This document shows, in pieces, positions 1 to 14,800 of a stretch of 64,000 nt of DNA. Numbering within the stretch: the stretch's first letter is position 1; the number at the start of each line of letters is the position of its first letter. The position numbers and the translations under genes are program-made. The notes beneath the pieces were generated by a model. That model ran no database searches, was not told where the DNA came from, and saw nothing but the letters and a program-made list of their open reading frames with translations. The stretch is from assembly GCA_965153355.1 (NCBI GenBank), contig OZ231126.1:43276001-43340000 (forward strand), in the 5' to 3' direction. This DNA comes from Flaccisagitta enflata. Taxonomy: Eukaryota.

Positions 1-404
1 TTTGAATTCTTAACAAAACTATGAAAGAAAGTTGTACAGAATTGAATCCTCCAACCTAAATAATTCAATCAGTTACTTTCTCATTTACATTGTTTTTAAA
101 TTCTATGATTTGCAAAGATAAAATTTTATATGGACCAAGAATAAAAAATATCTTTTTCATTTAATTAAATAACAAGCAACTTTGATAAAGAATTTTCAAT
201 GGTACAAAAATAAGACTAGGTTAAGAACGTTTAAGCCTTAAAATTAGCTTAGAATAAGAACGCTGAGCCCCACTTCAAAAAACTGTGTTCTTATAAAAAA
301 TACGGCGTGTAATCTTCAATGTTATGTACAGTGGTAAAGCACTCGGAACTGCACTGCGCAATCTCTCATTCACTCATTCTGTGTGTCTGTAGGTCTTTAC
401 CCAT

Positions 405-466
<62 letters not shown>

Positions 467-491
467 GTCTCTCTCTCTCTCTGTCTCTCTC

Positions 492-559
<68 letters not shown>

Positions 560-1245
560 CCCCGCGCGCCTGCCTGAACCGCAGACATGAACACGTTTCA
601 AAACGGAAAACACGAGTATTGATTTTCCAAGCTGGTTACTGTTACATATTAGCGCTTATTATTCTATGGAATCATGAGAATATAAAAAGTGACGGAGTGT
701 CACAATATTGTTGCGGATGGGTGAGCAGTGGCATACAACCTCATCCATACCCTCCCCCATATCCATCCAATGCAAGGTTTGCTCACACACACAGACTTTT
801 TGTACATAATACAATAAAAAAATGTACAAACGTGTCAATGGTATTTATGGTCTTTTATTTACTGCTACAGTGAACCATTTTGGACGCCTACATCAAATGA
901 GACTTCATTTGTCACTACTCAATCTCATTTGTAGCAACTTCATCTCCTTCGAATGATCTTTCCTTACAATTACAATCTTGACGAACTAATCTCGATTAGC
1001 CATTTGGGAGTAAGAAGCTGTGTTTTTTTTTCTCGTTGCTTCCATCGACATTTTGATTTTGACTTTCTTGTACACCTTTGTGTATGGCTCCCTTCCGTTT
1101 ACATCTTCGGTTCTTCGTTTTACTCATCTAGCCCGGTAAGTGTATATATTTTATATCTTATTTGTTGTTTTTTCTCTTTCACGCTTACAGAAAAAGGGAA
1201 CAAGAAAGAAAAAGCGCATATGGACTTATGGTATACGGCGTTCTA

Positions 1246-1797
1246 CACCGTCTTCGGATCGGACTGTGAAATGCAAAACCTTATAGCTCCTAAACCACTA
1301 GGAAAAGTCAGAAATTTTTCAGTGAATATTGATAACATAAAAAAGACGTTGTGTCGGTCTGCATCATGTAATATAGAAAAAGGTGAGGGGAAAACAAAAT
1401 ATTGAGTGAACATCCATTTTTTAAGCAAAATGGTTTTTTTTACCCGTTTTTTTAGAAGGTGCTGTTTTTCTCTCAGAATATGCAGCAAATCGATAATACA
1501 TAAGTTAACATCTTTCAACAAAAATAAATCCTAGAGTTTTTTGTTGAAATGCAAAGCAATTTCAAGCAGATAGAGACAATTCCTTTTTAAGGAAATGGGG
1601 AAAAATTGATCTTAATTAAAAATGGGTTTGCTTTCAATATTTTGTTTTCCCCTCACCTTTTTTATATTATGATCTGAGCTTTGACATGCAAAAACCGTCA
1701 CATGTTACAAATATTCATTGAAAATTTCATGATTTTTTTCCTAGTGGTCTAGGAGCTACAAAGGTTTTGCATTTCACAGTCCGATCCGAAGACGGTG
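1246..1797. mobile_element. MITE with long TIRs and TA TSD (Tc1/mariner-type)
   Basis: TA|CACCGTCTTCGGATCGGACTGTGAAATGCAAAACC ... GGTTTTGCATTTCACAGTCCGATCCGAAGACGGTG|TA. Inverted similarity continues well beyond 100 bp. Confidence 0.9.
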
Positions 1798-2245
1798 TAT
1801 GAAGAAATGTAAACAAAAGTATCTTAAAGCGGGTACCCAGTTGCACGAATAGAACCTTTTCAGGCATCAATTCGATTCCATTGCATTGGCTAGGAAAACG
1901 CATGAATATTTGCGCAACAAATTTAGGGAATCTAATGGCGGCTCAGTTATGCTCTTATTGCTAAAACTTTTAAAAGCGCAACATTTTTAGTGTTACAGTG
2001 CTTTAGCATATCGGAACGCGTAGTCCTTTTAAGCCTATATGGCTGTGTTGCTTGCAATTGCACATGAGCACGCATGTCTGTTGCAGGTGTATCAGAGCTC
2101 AACTTGTCCATCAATCGGTCCCTCTGTCATGTCATGTCATGTTTGAATATTCACACAGTTTCAGTTCAATCCATGAACTCAAACGTTATTTGGTACTTGA
2201 CATCTGGCCTTTGTTACGGGTTTTGCGTTGTGGATACGCAACTCT

Positions 2246-2497
2246 TTTTAGTTGCGGACACGCAACTCTATAAGAGGCTTTGTCCGTCCATCTGTTGGTC
2301 CGTCCGTCCGTTGGTCCGTCCGTCACGCTCGAGTTGGAAAGTGTGAAAACGCGCATTTCCGCCCCTGCCCACCCGTCCGCAACTGGTATTGGCCGTGTAT
2401 GTGGCAGGGGTGGTTGGGGGTGGGGTTGGGGTGAGGCTGGGGGTTGGTGCCCCTGACCACCCGTCCGCAACGATATTGTGACCCCGCGTCACTTGTT
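2246..2497 (+). mobile_element. Non-autonomous Helentron-associated element (HINE-like)
   Basis: T-run, then a 5' hairpin (AGTTGCGGACACGCAACT) and a (GTCC)n tract. 3' subTIR GTCCGCAAC, then a hairpin (GTGACCCCGCGTCAC) and TTGTT. Confidence 0.75.
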
Positions 2498-2646
2498 AAG
2501 GGCTTCTGTCCATTTGTCCGTCGCTCACGCTCGAGTTGAAAATGCAAAAATGCTCCTTTTTGATGCTGATTGTGTGTATGAACGTTGAAACAACGTTGCC
2601 CTTTAAAAAAGGAGGCCAGAATTCTCCGATTTACAAAGGATGAAAG

Positions 2647-2876
2647 CCATTCGCACCCAACACACACCCTCACAGTTTTGTCAGGTAAGTTCTGTCAGGT
2701 TGTTTGTCAAAAGTAAAAGAAAGTTGTGAGCAATCTGGAGTAAACACTGAAAGCCTTGCAAGCTTTCAATGAACAGTGTTTACTCCGGATTACTCACAAC
2801 TATTTTCTACTTTTGACAAACAACCTGACAAAACTTACCTGACAAAAGTATGTGAGTGTGTGTTGGGAGCAAATGG
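2647..2876. repeat. ~230-bp near-palindromic foldback element
   Basis: The left arm CCATTCGCACCCAACACAC...TTTTGTCAGGTAAGTT...GGAGTAAACACTG pairs with the right arm CAGTGTTTACTCC...AACTTACCTGACAAAA...GTGTGTTGGGAGCAAATGG. Confidence 0.85.
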
Positions 2877-3523
2877 GGGTTGTGCGCCCCTGCCCCCTTA
2901 ATTGTTGGCAAGGAATTTTGACTATAGATACAACAGAAGCAGCCAAATAGCAACTCTCGTTTGCGCGAACAATTCTATTTATTTCTGTTTTAATCCCTTG
3001 AGCCCTTTAGAATTAAGTTAAATTAACATTTTATTTCCTCTTATTGCGTTGGCATCTAAAGGGAAATGATATAAATGGGCAACGAAGAGTGAAGAACTTA
3101 AAGATAGAAACGAAGGAAAACGCGGCAAAGAAACGAGGAGAAAAAAAAAGAGAAAAATCAATTCCGGAATTAACACTTCTTAAGTGAGTCCTCGCAATAT
3201 GTAGCTTAAGAGACACACACCGAGAAACAAGTTGATGTGGATAAAGTTGCGTGTGATAGAATTAGAAGTACCATAGATAGAGATAGATCACACAATTACT
3301 AAAAAAAGAAAAAGCCAAAAAAGAAAAAAGAAAAATAAAAGAAAAAGCCAATAGACAGTGGAAGAACGAATTAACAGTTCGACGGATGGACAGAAAGATG
3401 GATGGATGGATGGACCGAATGGTGGATGAAAGCAGACGGATGAACACAGTGATTTATTGAGTCACATTGTATACTCACTGAATACTGCGCCACTAGAAAT
3501 CAACCAAGAAAAGCTAAACCCGT

Positions 3524-3562
<39 letters not shown>

Positions 3563-3578
3563 TCCTCCAGGAGCCCCG

Positions 3579-3795
3579 ATGTCGACACCGACGGGGTTAC
3601 CGCCCTCTTACGGGGCTTCGGGTGCGACAAACGGCGGTGCTGCGGCTGCAAGTGATGCTGCTGCGAGCGGTGCTTCAGCTGAGGACGGCGGCGGCGGCGG
3701 CGGCAAAGTGGCGGCGTTGAGATCTCAGGTCAACGAAGTCAAAGACGTCATGTCCAAAAATATCGAGAAAGTCATGGAAAGAGGCGACAACCTTG
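3579..3795 (+). CDS. Synaptobrevin/VAMP-family R-SNARE (VAMP8/VAMP7-like), coding exon 1
   Basis: ATG at 3579 after a (CT)n...CCAG acceptor at 3570. Encodes KVAALRSQVNEVKDVMSKNIEKVMERGDNL, an R-SNARE coil with the zero-layer Arg in ERG. GTAAGT donor at 3796, phase 1. Confidence 0.92.
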
Positions 3796-3961
3796 GTAAG
3801 TGCCATCGGTAACGACAACCTTGGTAAGTGCTCTCAGTAACGATCCAGGAAAAAGAAAAAAAAAGATTCAGATTGAATTTTGCGCTAGTGTTTGCACGCG
3901 GATGCAACTCAGTGGTTATGTGCGTGTGCTCGAGCGTGTTTGTGTGTGCTTGTCAGTGCGC

Positions 3962-4025
<64 letters not shown>

Positions 4026-5253
4026 GCAAAAATGTAATGACGGGAGAAGTCGTAATGACGTGCCTTACAATCTATTACCAACTAATGCGGGCCGACACAT
4101 GGTTTTTTTTCTCTAATTTCTATCCAATTTTGACGAATGAGTTCTCCCAGTTGGGAGTCGTGAGCACCAAATGGAATTTGAATTGAGACTTTTCTTTTGT
4201 AATCTTTGAAAAAAAATCTCGTTCCTTTCACATCTGCTTGACTTTTTTAGTCTAAGATGTAGGACATCAAAGGGCGTATTATTATTGATAATTTGTTATC
4301 ATATGGTTTGGGTGCGCCAAATCTAGCAAAAGTTGAGAAGATATCAAGATTATTCTTATTTTATGAAAAATCATCTATTTTTCGTTTTGGTTGCATAATA
4401 CAGTGGGATATATCAGAAGACTAATGTTTTTGTTTAAATTGTTCATCCACTTGATAATTAAGCTTTTGTTTTGACATCATATCATCTGGCTTTTTCTGTT
4501 GCCACTATTTAGCTAAATTTAAAGTTATTGTCTAGGTGGTATTTTTTTAGTCGCGTGCGCGTGCTACGCGACTTCATCCCGCTTTGTCGATCCATCAGTT
4601 GGTTGGTCGGTTGGTCAGTCCCCTTTTTACTTTTTTGGTGTTTTTAAGCTTTATGGGTTCACAGCTTCATATCAATTGCCATTTTAAGTCATTTTAAGTC
4701 ACGCTAAGTTATTCTAAGTCAACTTAAGTCAAGGAAGGAAAGAAAGAAGGGGAAAGGGAGGAGGGGAAGAAGGGAGGAAGGAAGAAAAAGAGGAATAAAT
4801 ATGTATGGAGAAGTAGTGTACAAATATAGCGACTGAATAGGAAAATGATGATCTTCATGACTTCCATGTCTTTAATTTATGGCAACGCGATACTTTCAAA
4901 TTAATCTACAGTGACGGAAATCTGTCTGTAATGGACATAGAATCCTGGTCCCTTCATGACATTTCTTTTCATTCCTATATCGGCAATAATAGAAATCCGC
5001 TTATTACAGATAGAATTTGTAGGTCCCTTGTCATCCGTTATTGCGGGGGTACTTTAAACTGTGTATGACTAGCAAACCACGGTTGAGTAAAACCATTCTA
5101 CTTTATTCTCAATTAAGACAATTTGGTAACCAAGACTACTGATTTGGAAGCAAGGATCAAATGAATCTACGGTATCCTCAGTTCAGACAATTTAGTAACC
5201 AAGACTTGGGAGCGAGGGTCAAAAAGATCTACACTTTTGTATCCTTAATCCAG

Positions 5254-5370
5254 ACAATTTGGTAACCAAGACAACCGATTTGGAAGCTGGTGCTGCCGTC
5301 TTTCGAGATCGCACGAAAGTCGTTCGCCGAAAAATGTGGTGGAAAAACGCCAAAATGAACATTGTCTTAG
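5254..5370 (+). CDS. VAMP-family R-SNARE, coding exon 2
   Basis: CAG acceptor at 5251-5253 and GTATGA donor at 5371. 117 nt, in frame: (D)NLVTKTTDLEAGAAVFRDRTKVVRRKMWWKNAKMNIVL, including the WWKN juxtamembrane motif. Confidence 0.92.
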
Positions 5371-5479
5371 GTATGAATTTGGATAGGATATAGGACGCAG
5401 TATTACTGTGCATCAATGCTGTCTTAGCTACGAAAATTTACTATATTTTAGGTCTAATAGGACAAAACATTACTGTGAG

Positions 5480-5553
<74 letters not shown>

Positions 5554-5772
5554 AGCTGTTGTTGTCTATAGTGAATATTTATCGAGTACCCTGGGAGAAA
5601 TTTTACTTAAAATGTTGTTGTCCTATACTCAAGCAACATTGTCCTGAGTCTGATAGGACAAAGTTTTTGGTGTGCAATAATGTTGCCATCTGAGTAACAA
5701 ATATGAGCATGATTCTAAGTAACTATGAAAGGACATACAGAATTTTAAAACAATCATTACTTTCCACTGTAG

Positions 5773-5879
5773 GCGTGGTTGCTGTTGCTGTCATTCTGAT
5801 CATTATCCTGAGCACAGTAGATTGGAGTCCCTCCTCATCATCGTCAGCCTCCAGCGCGACAACCATCACTCCCACATGA
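5773..5879 (+). CDS. VAMP-family R-SNARE, coding exon 3 (transmembrane anchor and S/T-rich luminal tail)
   Basis: TAG acceptor at 5770-5772. Reads (G)VVAVAVILIIILSTVDWSPSSSSSASSATTITPT, TGA at 5877-5879. Joined CDS is 441 nt = 146 aa. Confidence 0.88.
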
Positions 5880-8229
5880 TGTCGATTAGCTTTATCGTCC
5901 TTTTCTTTTCATAACTTACTAACTAGGAAATGGAAATCTTTTCATTTGAGAAATAACATCCACATGGAAAGTGGGCCACTATATACTCTAAGATAAATTA
6001 AATCAAGCTTCATATCGTCGATGTTTTCTCTCTCTGATGGAAAGATTTCTTAGATGGTACATTTGTTTCCTGTCTGCTGTCTTTCAAGATCTGTTTTTAA
6101 ATTCGTCGTTAAGGCTGTTTCTATAATCTCTTTTTTGCGAGATAGCGAAAAAGGTCAATTTCAAAATTAAGAAAATTTGACAAAAACATTCATAATAAGA
6201 TAGCTGATGTCAATATGAACATGGTTCAAAAACTGAATTTTGTTACTGATCCTCAATTTTCATGTAAATTAGGCTGAAAAGCAACAAATAATGATCCAAA
6301 ATAAGCAAAAATTGAGTTGTTATAGCCAGCAAAATTCAAAAAATGTGAATATTTTACTAAATCACAGTTCAAGGATTCAATCACACCCGATTCTGCTGAA
6401 AAAAATTCATGTTTCAATTTTTTTTGAAAATTCTCTATTAGCAGCTTTTTTGGCTGGTTGGTCCAGGTGGCAAAAATTTAGTGAATCTTTCGGGAACAAT
6501 CAATTTAAGTAGGCATTTCTGAAAGAACCACTGTGCAAAATTTCAGTCAAATCGGACAAATACTTTAGAAGTTATGCCGTTTTTTAAATTTTTTAGGTGG
6601 TATATTACGATGAAAGTTGGATGGTTGGGCTGGTTGGGTTGGTTAGATGTGTCCGAGATGCACCAAAAGCTCTGTTTGTAATTGTTTCAGTACAGTACTG
6701 ATCCATCCAAAAAATCTTTAGTCTTTCTCAAAGGGTTTCCAAGATATGAGCATTTCATTTTTTTTTTGTATTACCATTTTGCTAGGAGTGCTTACATGCG
6801 CTGATAACAAAGAATTGACTACGAAGATTCATTGTGAAGCGTGATTATTCTGCAACAATTTACTGACCAATCACATTGAAAATTTCATTATGGCTGAATG
6901 CCCAGGAGTTAAGACCTGAAATTTTCAGTGTAGAGGCAAAATTTCATGCTCTTTTTCATCGTGTCATTCAAATTTCCATCATCAGTTTCAAAATGATGTG
7001 ACAGTGACAGACTTAAAGCGTGACATGAGCGTGACAGAAGAGCGGGGGGGTGTGCGGAATAATCACGCTTGAAGAAAAGTGTCATTACGCGGGATTGGGG
7101 TGTCACAGTGGCATGAAATTTGGAGCATATGTCCTTCAAGTAGTCCTCTATTAGATTGAAACCTGAAAAGAGATTAGCTTTGAGAATTAATAGTGTTTTA
7201 AAAAAAGATAATCAGCATACTCAGATTTTGCCATGAAAAGGCGAAAAAGTTAGAAGGATCAAAATTTGATGATAATACAATATTTGAACAACTTAGCATT
7301 TGCTCAGTGGGATGAATTTTTTTCTACATCACATTGGATTGATGATAACTGATTAAAAGCTGAGAAATGATCAGATAATCTATTTTTTGATAGGGTTTGC
7401 TTGTTATTTGCTTGTCCGGACAAAATCCAGACATGCCAATATGGCCATTTTGACCTTATTTTTAGGTCCCCTAGGGGTAGGGGTGGTCACAAAAAATGGT
7501 TTGGCAAGGTAATCCAGGTAGTTAGGTAGGTCATGAAACTATAAAAACTTGTCACAATGCAATAGACATTGCGGTAACACTGATAACGTGGTGGTAAGTC
7601 GAGTTCTCGCGTCGAAAAGAGATTGTGACATTAGCCTTAAATGCCTGATATTGGAGGAAGATCTGATTATGATGCTTTGTCTCAAATGATTCCAGAGCCT
7701 TGGGGCTGGGCGCATATTATTAATTATTCTCACAACAAATGGACTTATGTTCTTTTTAGCACAACCAAGATTTGGGGATCTTATTAGAGACGGGTGGTCA
7801 GAAAATATGAATCTCCCTATCGCACAAGAATGTGGTGAATCGCGGCTAGCTCTAATCGTCCGTCCATCCATCACGCTCGAGTTGTTCAGTGTGAAAACGC
7901 GCATTTTAAATGCCGCGGTTGTGACTGTGTTATGCGTCTGTGGTGGGGGCGACGTGGTTACCCTGCAAATCATGAGGATATGCAGGGATCGTACATATCA
8001 TACAAAATTAAAAATGATTTAGGGCATATATAATTGTGATTAGATGAATCATGATAAAAGATAGACTTAGACACGAAAATTTTCCTAGGTCAGTCAGTAG
8101 CTCAATCTTTTGCATAAAAGGGCCTTTTGGGTGTGTGTGAGAGAAAGAGAGGCGGGAGAAAGAGAGGTGGGAGAGGAGAAAGAGGAGGGTGAGATGCCTA
8201 GTGATAACTTCTTTCTTTCTCTATCTCTC

Positions 8230-8311
<82 letters not shown>

Positions 8312-8493
8312 AAAAGTAATTTTTTTTTTCTTATTTATCTTGAATATTTTTAGAGCAGTTCTGGGATGTGATCTCTAGGATGACTTCACCAGAACTGAAG
8401 GCTGAAAGAAAATTAACCCCTTTTATACTAGCTGGAGAGGAGGAGAGAGAGGAGGAAGAGCAAGTTTGGGTTGGGCCTGCCCAAACTTGCTTG

Positions 8494-8569
<76 letters not shown>

Positions 8570-8949
8570 GGTCAGGATGAGAATGAGAAATGAAAATAAT
8601 TCTGAGGATAATATTTCTGATAATATTTCAGAAAGACTTCTTCAGAACTGAAGACTGAAGAAAAATTTCCCCTTTTATACTACCTGGCAAGGAGGAGGAT
8701 GAGGAGGAAGAGCAGGTTTGAGCACAATTTGCCTAAACTAGTTCCCTAACTTTTGCCCAAACTTGTGCCCAAACATGTGCCCAAACTTGTGCAATATCCC
8801 CCTCCTCCTTTCCTCCTCCTCCTCCCTGGTGGGTATAAAAGGGAGAGATTTTGTGCAGTCTTCAGTTCTGGTGATGTGTTCCTCAGAACTTTTTTTTCAA
8901 TTTTTCTCTCTCTCTTTCTCTTTTTCTCTCTATCTCTCTTTCTTTCTGA

Positions 8950-9490
<541 letters not shown>

Positions 9491-9969
9491 CTATCATCTA
9501 TGTGGTCTCTTTCTTCGTCGTTGTCATCGCAATCGGGAGGGAACAAAGTATCACTGAACCACTGCAAAGCATTGGTACTCACCCTTGTAACACATGCGGG
9601 AAAGAGCAACATGTCCATGTTAGTGAGTTTTTGCGCTTATTATCTTTCTTTGTGAATGATTTCAGAATTGATGATAAGCAATGTCTCTTATTGATTTATG
9701 CAATCATAAATGGAAAATTAGATATCAGTATCGATGGTTTACTAACTTGCAGATAGTTTAAAACATAGGATCAACTTTTTCTTTCATGTTAAGAAAAGCA
9801 TTTAAATTGACATGAATTTTTATTGATACCACAATATGCAAATGAGGTCTTTTAGTGTCACTGTGCATTGTAACACTCCAAAATCTTGACGAGGACAATG
9901 AAGATGACGACAAAGACGACGACGATGACGATGACGAAGATGACAACGACAATGAAAACGATTAAGTAA

Positions 9970-10043
<74 letters not shown>

Positions 10044-10360
10044 TTATACTTCCGTCGAGACTCTAAGACAAGTCTATAGGAGTGAATTTTTCATTTCATC
10101 ATTTCATATCAATTTGAATCGGGTGTCTTGAGTTTTAAGTATGCTGTATAAAGAAGAAGGACAGACAGACAGACAGAGAGACGGACAGACAAACAAACAG
10201 TCGTTTCGTTTCGTCTTTGGATTCTTTGACCTTTGAAGGAATTGTCGTTGTAGCTTCCACGATCATGTTGCAGCTTGTGGTTGTGCGGGGGGGGGGGGGC
10301 GGCAGACGATCATACAAGCAGACATTCAGACACACTTTGGATTCAGATATATGACGGGAC

Positions 10361-10445
<85 letters not shown>

Positions 10446-11124
10446 AAGAATAGTATATGTGAGTGTAAGAAATATAACTTGATGGAAAAAAGAGCGACAC
10501 TGTGACCTCAACTAAATTTAACACTAGGAAAGGTTTTGAACGTGACGGCTCGACTGAATGAGCGTTTTTGCGACTATGATCTTTCCTTGAGAAACTTTCA
10601 AGCCTCAATGATGAGCAATGTCTTTTACTGATTTATTCTATCCTTATGGGATATTTAGATATAATCAACGATGATTTACAATCTTGTAAGTAGTAAAAAA
10701 CATAGGATCAATTTTTTTTCTCAGGTTAGGACATGTATTAAGACTAACATAAATTCTGATTAATACCACAATATGCAAATGAGATTCATAGATCCCTGTG
10801 TATCATAACACTTTTTTTTTTTTAAGAACCTAGTTTATAAGAACATCAAGGCTTGAAATTGCTCTAAAATTAAGAACATCGTAGTTATTTTATTAGTAGC
10901 TATCTCTATCTCTTTTGAAGGCTTCGGCCAAAAAATGACGTTATTATAAAAATTTAAAAGTGCACTCCATAAAGATGACGATGACATCAAAGATGACAAG
11001 GGAGTTGACGACGACGACGACGACGACAACAACGATGACGACAACCACGACGACGACAACCACGACGACGATGACGATGACCACAACGACGACGACGACG
11101 AGATTGATCGAAAGACAAAGAAAT

Positions 11125-11193
<69 letters not shown>

Positions 11194-11346
11194 TCAAAAT
11201 GCATGCTCTCAAAACAATTCAAAAAATGCTTGGTTTAGTATGTGACATCACCATGGTTGCATACCTGTGTTGTTCTATGTCTGTATTTCTTGCTATCATT
11301 GCTGAAGAAAACTTTTATCGTTTATCATTGATATTTGCATAAAGCG

Positions 11347-11433
<87 letters not shown>

Positions 11434-11838
11434 CAGACAGAGCGAGGAACAGAGGTATGGACAGACAGAGAGAGAAATGAAGAGAGAGAAACACAGAAAG
11501 ACAGACCGACAGAAAACGAGAGAAGGACAGACAGACAGACGGATGTCTGTTGCAATGCTCACTTTTGCATAAAGCCGTTTATCTCACTCAATTAAACAAG
11601 ACAACTTATGTCATCTAAAAAAACAAATTTAGTGAAAGGGTTGAAAATCTGTATCTCCAAAAAAACACCGCTAATCATCCAAGTAAGATTTGAAAGCAGA
11701 ATCTTGAAAGAGAATCGCCACAATATGCAAAATTCTTAATCATTGGAAAGTTTGAAAATCTTATTATAATAAAAATCGAAATCTGGTGGTGGGAGGGACG
11801 GGGGCAAAATCCAAGTAAAATCTGAAACGATATCTCAA

Positions 11839-14800
11839 GAGATGCGAGGACGCATCTAAAAATGATCAGGGGTGGTTGGTGAGTGATTGGAGATGGATAA
11901 GCGGGATTTTTGAGGTAGGGTTAACGGACAACATACGGACATACATACGGACGGACAGACCCTCTTATAGAGATGCGAGGACGCATCTAAAAATGATCAG
12001 GGGTGGTTGGTGAGTGATTGGAGATGGATAAGCGGGATTTTTGAGGTAGGGTTAACGGACATACGGACATACATACGGACGGACAGACCCTCTTATAGAG
12101 ATGCGAGGACGCATCTAAAAATGATCAGGGGTGGTTGGTGAGTGATTGGAGATGGATAAGCGGGATTTTTGAGGTAGGGTTAACGGACATACATACGGAC
12201 ATACATACGGACGGACAGACCCTCTTATAGAGATGCGAGGACGCATCTAAAAATGATCAGGGGTGGTTGGTGAGTGATTGGAGATGGATAAGCGGGATTT
12301 TTGAGGTAGGGTTAACGGACATACATACATACATACGGACGGACAGACCCTCTTATAGAGATGCGAGGACGCATCTAAAAATGATCAGGGGTGGTTGGTG
12401 AGTGATTGGAGATGGATAAGCGGGATTTTTGAGGTAGGGTTAACGGACATACATACGGACATACATACGGACGGACAGACCCTCTTATAGAGATGCGAGG
12501 ACGCATCTAAAAATGATCAGGGGTGGTTGGTGAGTGATTGGAGATGGATAAGCGGGATTTTTGAGGTAGGGTTAACGGACATACATACGGACATACATAC
12601 GGACGGACAGACCCTCTTATAGAGATGCGAGGACGCATCTAAAAATGATCAGGGGTGGTTGGTGAGTGATTGGAGATGGATAAGCGGGATTTTTGAGGTA
12701 GGGTTAACGGACATACATACGGACATACATACATACGGACGGACAGACCCTCTTATAGAGATGCGAGAAATCTAAAAATGATCATTGGTGAGTGGATTAG
12801 TGATTGGAGCTGAGAATTTTTGAAGGTAACTGACCGACATACGGACGGACCACATACGGACGACGGACAGACCCTCTTATAGAGATGCGAGGACATCTAA
12901 AAGAAATCAGGTTTGTTTTTTGAAGGATTGGAATGGCGGCGGGATTTTGAGGTAGGGTTAACGGACATACATACGGACATACATACGGACGGACAGACCC
13001 TCTTATAGAGATGCGAGGACGCATCTAAAAATGATCAGGGGTGGTTGGTGAGTGATTGGAGATGGATAAGCGGGATTTTAGAGGTAGGGTTAACTGACAT
13101 ACGGACATACGGACGGATGGACAGACCCTCTTATAGAGATGCGAGGACGCATCTAAAAATGATCAGGGTTGGTTGGTGAGTGATTGGAGATGGATAAGCG
13201 GGATTTTTGAGGTAGGGTTAACGGACGGACATACATACATACATACGGACGGACAGACCCTCTTATAGAGATGCGAGGACGCATCTAAAAATGATCAGGG
13301 GTGGTTGGTGAGTGATTGGAGATGGATAAGCGGGATTTTTGAGGTAGGGTTAACGGACATACATACGGACATACATACGGACGGACAGACCCTCTTATAG
13401 AGATGCGAGGACGCATCTAAAAATGATCAGGGTGGTTGGTGAGTGATTGGAGATGGATAAGAGGATTTTTTAGGTTAACGGACACTACATACATACATAC
13501 AGATGGCGCTCTTATAGAGATGCGAGGACGCATCTAAAAATGATCAGGGGTGGTTGGTGAGTGATTGGAGATGGATAGCGTTTTGAGGTAGGGTTAACGG
13601 ACATACATACATACATACGGACGGACAGACCCTCTTATAGAGATCAAGGCCGCATCTAAAAATCCAGGTGGTTGGTGAGTGATTGGAGATGGATAAGCGG
13701 GATTTTGAGGTAGGGTTAACGGACATACATACGGACAACATACGGACGGACAGACAGACCCTCTTATAGAGATGGGGACACCTCTAAAAATGATCAGGAA
13801 TTGGTTGGTGAGTGATTGGAGATGGATAAGCGGGATTTTGAGGTAGGGTTAACGGACATACATACGGACATACATACGGACGGACAGACCCTCTTATAGA
13901 GATGCGAGGACGCATCTAAAAATGATCAGGGGTGGTTGGTGAGTGATTGGAGATGGATAAGCGGGATTTTTGAGGTAGGGTTAACGGACATACATACGGA
14001 CATACATACATACGGACGGACAGACCCTCTTATAGAGATGCGAGGACGCATCTAAAAATGATCAGGGGTGGTTGGTGAGTGATTGGAGATGGATAAGCGG
14101 GATTTTTGAGGTAGGGTTAACGGACATACATACGGACATACATACGGACGGACAGACCCTCTTATAGAGATGCGAGGACGCATCTAAAAATGATCAGGGG
14201 TGGTTGGTGAGTGATTGGAGATGGATAAGCGGGATTTTTGAGGTAGGGTTAACGGACATACATACGGACATACATACGGACGGACAGACCCTCTTATAGA
14301 GATGCGAGGACGCATCTAAAAATGATCAGGGGTGGTTGGTGAGTGATTGGAGATGGATAAGCGGGATTTTTGAGGTAGGGTTAACGGACATACATACGGA
14401 CATACATACGGACGGACAGACCCTCTTATAGAGATGCGAGGACGCATCTAAAAATGATCAGGGGTGGTTGGTGAGTGATTGGAGATGGATAAGCGGGATT
14501 TTTGAGGTAGGGTTAACGGACATACATACGGACATACATACGGACGGACAGACCCTCTTATAGAGATGCGAGGACGCATCTAAAAATGATCAGGGGTGGT
14601 TGGTGAGTGATTGGAGATGGATAAGCGGGATTTTTGAGGTAGGGTTAACGGACATACATACGGACATACATACGGACGGACAGACCCTCTTATAGAGATG
14701 CGAGGACGCATCTAAAAATGATCAGGGGTGGTTGGTGAGTGATTGGAGATGGATAAGCGGGATTTTTGAGGTAGGGTTAACGGACATACATACGGACATA

